Positions 36,152 to 44,227 of a DNA stretch of 53,001 bases are shown here, piece by piece. The translations under genes were made by a program, and so were the position numbers. The notes under the pieces were generated by a model, which was given only the letters and a program-made list of their open reading frames with translations, searched no databases and was not told the DNA's origin. Numbering within the stretch: position 1 is the first letter of the stretch; every line of letters begins with the position of its first letter. This DNA is from Candidatus Parcubacteria bacterium. Its GTDB lineage: Bacteria; Patescibacteriota; Minisyncoccia; Phycocordibacterales; EsbW-18. The DNA lies in NCBI GenBank assembly GCA_039798445.1, contig JBDKFZ010000009.1, positions 1 through 53,001 of the forward strand. Direction: 5' to 3'.

Positions 36152-37345
36152 ATGTCGTTTTCCATAAAATACGAAATCAAGGAGCCAGCCATTAGAAGGC
36201 TTGAATTTATTTCAAAAGCGGACGGGCACCTCCAGATTCTCCGTATGAATCCTCAATGGGCATCCTTACTTGAAAGACGAGCTCGTATGATGGAGGCCGT
36301 TAGCTCTATCGGAATCGAAGGAACGGTTGTCTCTCTTGACCAAGCTAAAGCAATTACGTCTGGAGAAAAAGGTGTCGCGATTGGAGAGAAAGAAAAAAGA
36401 GAATTCGAGGGGTACTATGACTCTCTTGAGTTCATTAGGAGCCGTGTGGATGAGCCGTTGAATATTGTTTCTCTACTCAAAATTCACGAAAAGATTACAA
36501 GAGGAGATACGAAGGCAAGCCCTGGAAAAGTCCGAACAGACATAAGGTCAATTAAATCTAGGGGAAAAATTATTTATACGGCTCCTCCACCAGCGCATCT
36601 GGATGTCTTAATCAGAGAATTTATCGATTGGTTTAATAATGTTGCCGAAGATAAACAAATATCTCCAATAATTGCCGCTGCCGTCTGTCACTTTTGGTTT
36701 GTTTGGATTCACCCATTTTGTGACGGTAATGGGCGTACAGGAAGACTTCTGACCACGTATCTTCTTTTGAAGAAAAAGTCGGAAGGGATTAAATATTTTG
36801 CTCTTTCTGATTACTACAACACAGACAAGGATTCATACTATGATGCGCTAGAGAAAACGAATATATGCAATGCAACTGAGCCTGCCTTAAACTTCGACAA
36901 ACAAATGACTCTGTGGCTTGAATATTTTATTCAGTCGTATCAGTTTCAGATGGACAATCTTGAGCAAGTAACCAATAGAATATTACAACTTAATATTCGT
37001 GTCGCGCATTTACGACAGACAGGCCAGATAACAGAAACACATAATAAAGTCTTGTCGTTTCTTTCTTCGCGCGAAAGGGCCTCATATCCCGAGCTTGTTG
37101 AGTTGCTAGAAGTCAGTAAGCAGCGGGTGCATCAAATCCTCGAACCGCTTAGAGATGCAAAGATTCTTGCTGAAGAGAAGGTCGGCCAACTCATTTGGTT
37201 CAAGTTGGGGTCTCCTGAGTCTGAGTTGGATGAAAAAGGACTAAAGAAAAGAGTAAAGAAAAAACTTAACAGTAATGCTGTGGATAACGAAAAGAACCCC
37301 AACGAAGCCGTTGTGCGGCAGGGTGTGCTCCCAATCTTCGAATAA
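36152..37345 (+). CDS. Fic/DOC family protein with a C-terminal wHTH-like domain
   Basis: Fic motif HPFCDGNGRTGR. AT-richer than its surroundings. Confidence 0.85.
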   Translation: MSFSIKYEIKEPAIRRLEFISKADGHLQILRMNPQWASLLERRARMMEAVSSIGIEGTVVSLDQAKAITSGEKGVAIGEKEKREFEGYYDSLEFIRSRVDEPLNIVSLLKIHEKITRGDTKASPGKVRTDIRSIKSRGKIIYTAPPPAHLDVLIREFIDWFNNVAEDKQISPIIAAAVCHFWFVWIHPFCDGNGRTGRLLTTYLLLKKKSEGIKYFALSDYYNTDKDSYYDALEKTNICNATEPALNFDKQMTLWLEYFIQSYQFQMDNLEQVTNRILQLNIRVAHLRQTGQITETHNKVLSFLSSRERASYPELVELLEVSKQRVHQILEPLRDAKILAEEKVGQLIWFKLGSPESELDEKGLKKRVKKKLNSNAVDNEKNPNEAVVRQGVLPIFE

Positions 37346-37440
37346 GATCGTTAAGAAAAAACTTAAAGACATCAAAAGACCCGCCGTGTGCATTTTGCTC
37401 ATCTTTATATAACCCTCCGAATATTTTATTAAAAAACGAA

Positions 37441-37473
37441 CTCCCGCGGGGCCGACAAGCGGCCGCGCGGGAG
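37441..37473 (-). terminator. Terminator of the secreted-protein pair
   Basis: ctcccgcg...cgcgggag stem. On the minus strand it is followed by ttcgttttttaat. Confidence 0.7.
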
Positions 37474-37485
37474 GGTTGAGTACAA

Positions 37486-37989
37486 CTAGAAGGCTTCGGG
37501 CTTACTCTCCTTGCCACCACAAAGCTTGATGGCATGCCTGAAAGCCTTTTTGAATCGTTCTTGCATATCAGCACTAACTGCAATATGGACCTTCTCGTCA
37601 GGTTCTCCGGAATTATCGAAGATAACCTTCTTACGGTCGGTTGTATTTAGCGTTATGCTCTCAGGGCCAACCATAACACCATTGATTGCATCCCGCTCAG
37701 CCTTCCCTTCAATCTTGCTGGGATCGAGATCTTTCAGGTTTAGCCTGTAGGAAGATTCCCTGTCTTTCCCGCTAGAAGACGAGGAGGTGCTGCTCCAGGA
37801 GAATTTGCATCCCTCCCACCGCGGGCTGTGAGGAGTTTTTGAATAATAGTTTTCATTCACCATAGCCCCACTTCCTTCCACGATGTTTCGGCTAATCCAC
37901 TCCTGGGTTTCCTGCAGAGTGGGTTCTGCTGCGGAGAGAGAGGTGACCGAGAAAAGCAGGACGAGTAGAGCGGCGAGAAGGATCTTCAC
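37486..37989 (-). CDS. Hypothetical secreted protein (167 aa), high GC3
   Basis: GTG start overlapping the upstream stop (GTGA), with GGAGGA 8 nt upstream. Signal peptide MKILLAALLVLLFSVTSLSA. Confidence 0.6.
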   Translation of the reverse strand: MKILLAALLVLLFSVTSLSAAEPTLQETQEWISRNIVEGSGAMVNENYYSKTPHSPRWEGCKFSWSSTSSSSSGKDRESSYRLNLKDLDPSKIEGKAERDAINGVMVGPESITLNTTDRKKVIFDNSGEPDEKVHIAVSADMQERFKKAFRHAIKLCGGKESKPEAF

Positions 37990-38612
37990 TGGAAATCCTC
38001 CAGGTCTTCGATGAGCTGTTCGAGCTCGTCGAGGGTTCGCTGATGTCGTCGACGGATCTCATCCATCGACTCTCCCACGATTTTGCCCCGCAGTCCGTCA
38101 GACTGATCGAGGCTCTCCGCCAGATCATGAGTCCTTTCGTAAAAGGCACGCTCACGAGCCAAGGCGGAACGGCCAGCATTGCTGTCTTTGTCCCTCCTTG
38201 CCGCTTCCGCATGGCACTGGCGCACGGTCTTGTCCCGATGGACAATCACCTGGTACCAATCTCGCTCTACGGAATAGCAGTCGGGAAAACAGCTGTTGCA
38301 CCAGCCGAGGCTTGCCGCCTCCCGCCCAGCCCATTCACGGCAATCCGAACCGAGATCTTGGCAAGAAGAAGCATCCAACTTATTCTCAGCACGGCAGGTG
38401 CGTATGTAGCCCTGAATCGTTTCCAGCGCTTCCTGATGGGCATCTCCGATCCGCCGGCAGTCTTCCCACGTCGGCAGGAGTGGCACCGACTGTTGGGTGA
38501 TCATCTGCAAGACGAGTCCGTGGCTGCGAGTGCCTGAAAAATCAGCCGCAGACGCAGAACTCGTGATGAAGACGACCAGCAGAGACAGAACCAAAGCCTT
38601 GATGAGTTTCAC
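37986..38612 (-). CDS. Hypothetical secreted Cys-rich protein (208 aa), high GC3
   Basis: GTG start after GGGAG. Signal peptide MKLIKALVLSLLVVFITSSASA. Nine Cys and a helical acidic C-terminus. Confidence 0.55.
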   Translation of the reverse strand: MKLIKALVLSLLVVFITSSASAADFSGTRSHGLVLQMITQQSVPLLPTWEDCRRIGDAHQEALETIQGYIRTCRAENKLDASSCQDLGSDCREWAGREAASLGWCNSCFPDCYSVERDWYQVIVHRDKTVRQCHAEAARRDKDSNAGRSALARERAFYERTHDLAESLDQSDGLRGKIVGESMDEIRRRHQRTLDELEQLIEDLEDFQ

Positions 38613-38755
38613 GTTTCTTCTCCCTCTTCCTTCTAGTTGTACTATTTGAAACGAACCAAGAAGGGACAATCCCTCCTTTTCCCGGAAAGACTATACAAGA
38701 AAATCTTAATTCTGACCAGGTGTATTGCTGGACTAGGGCTTGCGGTTCCCATTAG

Positions 38756-38785
38756 AAAAACACACTCATTGGGGAGTGTGTTTTT
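38756..38785. terminator. Bidirectional-type terminator hairpin
   Basis: aaaaacacactc...gagtgtgttttt. Confidence 0.75.
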
Positions 38786-38790
38786 ACTTT

Positions 38791-39186
38791 CTAGATATTA
38801 TTTCGTGCCGAAGGATTTGCTTCGAGGCGTTCGACAGGGATTGGTTCACCTGTTTCTTCGTCGTGGCCGTAGGTTCCTGCGTCCATACGTTCGAGCGCGT
38901 CGTTTACTTCTTTGAGTTGAGTCTCGAGCGCGTTGCTGATGCCGGTGTTTTCTTCGAGATCTTCCATTGCATCAGCGATGTCGTTTTTGTCGGCGCTGTT
39001 AGCTTCGGCTTCATCGACGACAGCATTCCAATCATCAGGGTTGCTAGGATTCTGCTTTGAGACGGTTGAAAGCTCTTCTTCGAGGCGTGCTTTTTCTGCT
39101 ACCAGGCGGTTTTTGAGGTCGGTGACCTGCTCAGGTGAAAGGTGATTCATGGCGATGAGTATAGAGGAATCGGATGGCTTGGACAA
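38791..39186 (-). CDS. DksA/TraR-like protein lacking the C4 zinc finger
   Basis: Coiled coil plus GTYGHDEETGEPIPVERLEANPSAR, where canonical members carry CxxC...CxxC. Confidence 0.6.
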   Translation of the reverse strand: MSKPSDSSILIAMNHLSPEQVTDLKNRLVAEKARLEEELSTVSKQNPSNPDDWNAVVDEAEANSADKNDIADAMEDLEENTGISNALETQLKEVNDALERMDAGTYGHDEETGEPIPVERLEANPSARNNI

Positions 39187-39194
39187 GCGATTCG

Positions 39195-40259
39195 TTACAT
39201 CCCGAATATAGGCGCGTTCAAAGCGTCAACAATCACAGTAAAGGCCTCTTTGGTCTGGGCGATGACCATGAGGTCATCTTTCGGGAAAGCGTAGAGCAAA
39301 ACGATGTCTCCGTCATGTGTGACAAGCGCTCGAACGTCTTTGTTTTTGACGATGATGTCTTTCCATGTGGGAGCTGGAGGGGGCAATGGAATCACGACGG
39401 TCGGTGTCGTAGATGCTGTTGAAGTCCCTGTGGTGCTACCTGCGGTCGTTGTTGACGCTGTTGAGGTGGAGATGTCGGTTGACTCGATGGGGAGGATTGG
39501 TGCAGGAGCGGGTTCCGTCTCTTTGATGAGAAATGGCAGATCATCACCCATGAATGGTTCCCATTCGAGCATGCCGGCGAACGCTGACTCGTATGAGGGA
39601 ACCAGTGTGATGAGAAACGGTGTTCCTCCGACACGACCGAGCGTCATGTCAGGACCGATTGATCGGATGAGCCTTCCGGGCGCGCGTGTCCCCAAACGCT
39701 CAAAGAATCGTTCAATCTCTATGGGTGAAAGAATCATCGTTGGCTCTCCTTCCGAAGATGTTGCTGTCACCATCTCTTGCACAATGAGCGCCTCGATTGC
39801 CACTGGAGATGAATAATCATCATCGCTGAACTCCTCTATTTTTCGTGTGAGTTCGGCACGCGGCATACGTGTTGTGTCGACGGAGACGCGACCGGTGACT
39901 GGCACGAGCGTCGGCGCTGGCGGTTCCTGATTCACGAACGGAAGCGAGACATTTTTGGACAACATGATGAAAAGCGCGCCGACGATGACGGCAAAACCTG
40001 CAAGGATGAGGAGAATGGTGCCGATGGACCACGCGCTCCAGAAGTGCGATTTTTCTTCGGCAACAAATGGAAGGCTTTCGTTTCGTGCCTGCTGAGCGAG
40101 TGCAATCTTGGTGATTGAAACATTGTTGTCGCGCACGGATGCAGCTACGTCAGAGTGGAGCGTGCGAATCGCAGGACGAACCGGTAGTGATTCTTCAGGT
40201 TTTGGTTCAGCCGGAGTTGTCGGCGTCACCTCAGGTTCGTTTGAAAGAGGATTCTCCAT
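39195..40259 (-). CDS. Hypothetical membrane-anchored protein (354 aa)
   Basis: Single TM FWSAWSIGTILLILAGFAVIVGALFIML with an extracytoplasmic body containing T-rich stretches. Confidence 0.5.
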   Translation of the reverse strand: MENPLSNEPEVTPTTPAEPKPEESLPVRPAIRTLHSDVAASVRDNNVSITKIALAQQARNESLPFVAEEKSHFWSAWSIGTILLILAGFAVIVGALFIMLSKNVSLPFVNQEPPAPTLVPVTGRVSVDTTRMPRAELTRKIEEFSDDDYSSPVAIEALIVQEMVTATSSEGEPTMILSPIEIERFFERLGTRAPGRLIRSIGPDMTLGRVGGTPFLITLVPSYESAFAGMLEWEPFMGDDLPFLIKETEPAPAPILPIESTDISTSTASTTTAGSTTGTSTASTTPTVVIPLPPPAPTWKDIIVKNKDVRALVTHDGDIVLLYAFPKDDLMVIAQTKEAFTVIVDALNAPIFGM

Positions 40260-40331
40260 GTCGCTATGAGTATAGCAAAGGAAGCGATCTTGTTCCGAAC
40301 GGTTCGGGTATCTTCAGGAGAAGGTTCTTTC

Positions 40332-40964
40332 TTAGTCGACTTTGCGCTCTACCCTACGCACACTGCTTTGTCGTTGTGTTGAAGGAGTGCGACTAGAGTT
40401 TTGCTGTCTGTTGGCTGACGAGTTGCGATTGCCAGTTCGCTGAGTGTTACCGCCGCGGAACCCGAGAAGATATTTGCCCGGATCTTCGTCGAGGTCTTTG
40501 AAGTCGTCCACCGCTTCGATGAGACGTGCCGATGATGAGCGGCCGAATGAAACGGCCTCGACCTGACAGCCCTCATTAATCTGAAGGTATTCGACGAGTG
40601 GAACATAGTCACCATCGCCCGAGACGATAATGACGACGTCGAGTTTTGGTGCGAGCTTAACTGCGTCGATTGCGAGACCAACGTCCCAGTCCCCTTTCTT
40701 GGCGCCACCAGCAAAGATCTGGAGGTCCTTGGTCTTGGCTTCGATGCCGACCTTGCCGAGCGCTTCAAAAAAGCTTTTTTCTTCACCGGATTCGGTTGAG
40801 ATAACGTACGCGATGGCACGAACGAGTGGTCGACCTGCAACTGCGTCTTCGACGAGTTTGCCGAAATTAACCTTCGATCCGTAGAGATGCTTGGCGCTGT
40901 GATAAAGATTCTGTGCGTCGATGAAAACGGCAACGCGTTGTGCCGGGTGTTTGATGATTGTCAT
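40332..40964 (-). CDS. NYN/LabA-like domain protein
   Basis: VAVFIDAQNLYHSAK...IIVSGDGDYVPLVEYL, with a basic disordered tail. Trimmed to MTIIKHP. Confidence 0.75.
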   Translation of the reverse strand: MTIIKHPAQRVAVFIDAQNLYHSAKHLYGSKVNFGKLVEDAVAGRPLVRAIAYVISTESGEEKSFFEALGKVGIEAKTKDLQIFAGGAKKGDWDVGLAIDAVKLAPKLDVVIIVSGDGDYVPLVEYLQINEGCQVEAVSFGRSSSARLIEAVDDFKDLDEDPGKYLLGFRGGNTQRTGNRNSSANRQQNSSRTPSTQRQSSVRRVERKVD

Positions 40965-41068
40965 AAAATAGTTACGAAACGAGTATAAAAAGTATGGACT
41001 CAACGAAAGAGCCTACCTGAAGTGTATCAGCAAAAAGAGGAAACGAGACGGAAAGGCCTAGAGGGCGC

Positions 41069-41332
41069 TTATTCCTTGATCTTCTTCAAAAGCTCGGCGT
41101 GTTTGACCGGGTTCTTCTTCTTGAGGTATTCGAGGTGGGTGCGGCGTTCAGCAACCAATCCGAGGAGACCGCGACGTGAGTGCTTGTCCTTGCGGTTCTT
41201 TTTGAGGTGCTTCGACAAATCGTCGATGCGCTTTGAGATAAGGTTAACCTGGACCTCCGGAGAGCCGGTGTCCTTGTCGTGTCGGGCAGACGATTTGATG
41301 ATTGTTGCCTTCTTTTTCGGTGAGAGTGCCAT
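41069..41332 (-). CDS. rpsO: 30S ribosomal protein S15
   Basis: MALSPKKKATIIKSSARHDKDTGSPEVQVNLISKRIDDLSKHLKKNRKDKHSRRGLL. Trimmed from the 155-aa ORF. Confidence 0.93.
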   Translation of the reverse strand: MALSPKKKATIIKSSARHDKDTGSPEVQVNLISKRIDDLSKHLKKNRKDKHSRRGLLGLVAERRTHLEYLKKKNPVKHAELLKKIKE

Positions 41333-41339
41333 GCGCGGC

Positions 41340-41367
41340 ATAGTAGCACAAAATTTAGCAATCGCAA
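41340..41367 (-). promoter_or_regulatory. Promoter TTGCGA-16-TACTAT placed 7 nt before the rpsO ATG
   Basis: Minus-strand read: TTGCGAttgctaaattttgtgcTACTATgccgcgcATG. Confidence 0.45.
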
Positions 41368-41749
41368 ATACCCCGCATGCCTTTGGGTATTTGGTCAAAA
41401 AAGGGCCCAGAACCCCTCGTGGGATGGGTAACGGCCTAATTTCTAGGACGTACGTACCGTTGAGAGATTCCGGGCCGAGGAGGGGGGACTGCTTCGGTCG
41501 GACGCGTGGGGGTCGGTGGTGGGTTCGCGGTTGCATGAGGCCATTGGCGGGGGTTCCGCAATGGTCCCCCTTGAAGACATGGTACCTACCGTGTGTCTAC
41601 AAGGTCTCAGGATTCGAGGGGTTGTTAGACGCCGCCACGTCGTGCGACCGGCACGAGCTGTTTCTGGCAAGCACAATGCATGATTTTTTGATTTTATGCA
41701 AGGTATAGAAATATTGTGCGACAGGACGATTCACGCGACACTGTAGTTC

Positions 41750-42694
41750 ATGGCTGCACACTCCCTCAAAGACTTTAAACAGCAATTTCTCGAACATCTT
41801 GAGATTGAGAAAGGCCGTTCGGTTAAAACGACCGAGAACTACGACCGATATCTCACACGCTTCTTCAATTTCGCCAAGATAGATGACCCAAAAAAGCTCA
41901 CCGACAGCACGGTACGCGAGTTTCGCTTGTGGCTCAACCGCCAAGAAAGCGGTGCAGGACAAGGCGCAACGCTCAAAAAGAAGACTCAGAACTACTATCT
42001 CATCGCGCTTCGCGCATTTCTCAAATATCTTCGCAAACGAGGCGTCGAATCGCTTCAACCCGAGGTAATCGAGCTCGCAAAGACCGGCGATCGTGATCTG
42101 GACCTCATGAGCCATGCCGAGCTCGACCGTTTGCTTGCCGCGCCGCGTGAGGCTCTCAAAAAAGCCAAGAATCCCGAAGATGAGCTCAAGGCGCTCCGTG
42201 ACACCGCGATACTTGAGCTTCTTTTTTCGACCGGCATGCGTGTTTCGGAGCTTTGCTCACTCAAGCGTGATACCGATCTCGATCGTGGGGAGTTCTCCAT
42301 TCGTGGAAAGGGCGACAAGGTGCGCGTGGTCTTCGTCTCCCCTGCTGCCCTCCAAACGGTCAATGCCTATCTCAAGGCACGCAAAGATATGGAAGATGCG
42401 ATGTTCGTTTCACACCCCGGTGGAAATCAGCAACCGCGTCCGCTCATTCCCCGCGCCGTAGAGCGTGCGGTCAAATCCCACGCGGTGAGCGCGGGTATCA
42501 GCCGCAAAGTGACGCCACATGTCGTCCGTCACTCATTTGCTACCAATCTTCTCGAGAACGGTGCTGATGTTCGTAGCGTTCAGGCGCTTTTAGGTCACGC
42601 GAATATCGCTACGACGCAGGTCTACACGCACGTGACCGACAAACATCTCAAAGAGATACACAAAGCGTTTCATGGGCGTCGTGAAAAGATGTAG
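41750..42694 (+). CDS. Tyrosine recombinase, XerC/XerD family
   Basis: SAM-like N-domain. Catalytic HVVRHSFAT, LLGHANIATTQVYTHV. Confidence 0.88.
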   Translation: MAAHSLKDFKQQFLEHLEIEKGRSVKTTENYDRYLTRFFNFAKIDDPKKLTDSTVREFRLWLNRQESGAGQGATLKKKTQNYYLIALRAFLKYLRKRGVESLQPEVIELAKTGDRDLDLMSHAELDRLLAAPREALKKAKNPEDELKALRDTAILELLFSTGMRVSELCSLKRDTDLDRGEFSIRGKGDKVRVVFVSPAALQTVNAYLKARKDMEDAMFVSHPGGNQQPRPLIPRAVERAVKSHAVSAGISRKVTPHVVRHSFATNLLENGADVRSVQALLGHANIATTQVYTHVTDKHLKEIHKAFHGRREKM

Positions 42695-42720
42695 AATATA
42701 TCAAGGCACTAATACATATC

Positions 42721-44115
42721 ATGAAAAAATATCTCCTTAGCTGTGCAGTCATCATTTCGGCAGTTTGTTTATTTATTCCAGCGCTTACCTACGCGCAACA
42801 GAATTTAACAACACCCACACAGAACGTAATGTTCGATAAGGTCATTCGCACATACCAAGAGGAGGGTTTCCATGGCGTGCTCTGGAATTATGCCTTCAAT
42901 GGAGTGCAGTGGTTGTCGGACGATTCACTTGCCGTCACGGGTAACTGCAACATCAGGCAAGACAATACGGGAGGTCTGTATATTTTTGATGAAGATGGCG
43001 TTTATAAGGAAAAACAAAACTCATGTCACCACACGAGTAATACGCGAGTGGCATGTCCTGAAGGCGGCGGATGTCAGATGGGTTGGCAGGTGGCTGAAAA
43101 GGATTCGTATCTCATCCGTGAGGGCCAGGCTCCTTCAGGCGTTCGACGCTCACCGCTGGTCTATAGTAAGTCAGGCACAGCACTCTCATACATAAGTCGA
43201 CTTTTCTTCACAGATAAGGATGATGATATACGCTATCCAACTGGTGACATGGACGAATGGGAGGATTGGGCTGCCTACTATAGTCCTGTTGTTGTTGGTG
43301 ACACATTAGTCACCTTCAAAACCGGCACCGGTCTTGCATACAGCTCTTCGTATAACAAGCTTGTAGGGTTGAGCGTCCCAAACCTCTCCGTGCAGTGGGA
43401 AGAATTTGCCGAAGGAACTATCGCAGGCGTTATAGGGGATGTGTTGATTCTTTCTCGTATCAATACGCTGAGACCGGTAACAACAACGCTCATTGCGTAT
43501 CATGTCGAAGATGATGGTCTTGTGGAATTGAGCCGTACTCAATATCCTGGCGCGGCCATGTCGACCACGGGGAGCATACAAGTCAAAATCGATGGGCGCG
43601 ACCCGTCTATTGGTGCTTTTGCGATTACCGGAGAAGGTAACAGTAGCTGTAGCGTTAGGCGTTTTCGAAGAACAGATTCCGGTATAGAAGAGATCGATGA
43701 AAGAACATATTCCCTTGGTGTTGGCGGTGGTTGTGGAGCAGATTTCGCGATCTTGGATGATTATGTGGTATTCACAGTTGGTACGCAGGGTATGCGTGCA
43801 TGGAAAGGAATGACAGAGCTTACCGTCGAGTTGCCCGAAGAGCTTTCGTTTGAACCTGGTAGTGGACTGCCAACACAGTGGGACGGTAGGCTTTTGGGCG
43901 TTGACATTCGTGAGGATGGAAAAATCGCGGTTGCTATGGGAAATAGGGCTGTCCTCTATACGATAAGCAGTGTAGTAGCCCCTCCTCCTCCTCCACCAGA
44001 CCCTAACCCAGTGCCACCTAACCCAACGCCAGATCCAGCACCACCAGCAAGTGGTATGGCGGCTATGGTCCAGGCGTACGTTCAGTTCATCGAGGCGTTC
44101 GTCAACTCCCACTAG
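42721..44115 (+). CDS. Hypothetical secreted protein (464 aa) with a Pro-rich linker and C-terminal helix
   Basis: Signal peptide MKKYLLSCAVIISAVCLFIPALTYA, PPPPPPDPNPVPPNPTPDPAPP, then MAAMVQAYVQFIEAFVNSH. Confidence 0.55.
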   Translation: MKKYLLSCAVIISAVCLFIPALTYAQQNLTTPTQNVMFDKVIRTYQEEGFHGVLWNYAFNGVQWLSDDSLAVTGNCNIRQDNTGGLYIFDEDGVYKEKQNSCHHTSNTRVACPEGGGCQMGWQVAEKDSYLIREGQAPSGVRRSPLVYSKSGTALSYISRLFFTDKDDDIRYPTGDMDEWEDWAAYYSPVVVGDTLVTFKTGTGLAYSSSYNKLVGLSVPNLSVQWEEFAEGTIAGVIGDVLILSRINTLRPVTTTLIAYHVEDDGLVELSRTQYPGAAMSTTGSIQVKIDGRDPSIGAFAITGEGNSSCSVRRFRRTDSGIEEIDERTYSLGVGGGCGADFAILDDYVVFTVGTQGMRAWKGMTELTVELPEELSFEPGSGLPTQWDGRLLGVDIREDGKIAVAMGNRAVLYTISSVVAPPPPPPDPNPVPPNPTPDPAPPASGMAAMVQAYVQFIEAFVNSH

Positions 44116-44137
44116 CATTTCTCATCAAATATCCCTG

Positions 44138-44166
44138 AAACAAAGAGCCCTCTCGGGCTCTTTGTT
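44138..44166 (+). terminator. Rho-independent terminator
   Basis: aaacaaagagccc tctc gggctctttgtt. Confidence 0.7.
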
Positions 44167-44227
44167 CGTTGTATCAACTAGGTTCACACTCGTCACAATA
44201 AGAAGTAGAATAGAGGGCATAAATCAT

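Noticed and set aside
41022-41708. 228-aa plus-strand ORF and other ORFs (41443..41676, 41597..42115) in the rpsO-xer spacer.
   Set aside because: It overlaps rpsO antisense. The sequences are R/G/P-rich with no motifs, so I treated the region as noncoding.
41680-41720. Possible dif/Xer site (attttatgcaaggtatagaaatattgtgcg) upstream of the recombinase gene.
   Set aside because: Only 6-7 of 11 positions match one dif arm, and the second arm matches in neither orientation.
41333-41749. Attempted identification as tmRNA, RNase P RNA, SRP RNA or 6S RNA.
   Set aside because: I found no GAGGAAAGUCC, no tRNA-like 3' end with a proper T-arm, no GNRA-AGCAGC helix 8 motif, and no plausible tag ORF. 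The ggattcgagggg resemblance to a tmRNA 5' end would force overlap with the xer gene.
43306-44118. 270-aa minus-strand ORF (W/R-rich) opposite the 464-aa secreted protein gene.
   Set aside because: The translation is implausible (WWCWIWRWVRWHWVRVWWRRRRG). It mirrors the Pro-rich coding strand, so it is a spurious antisense ORF.
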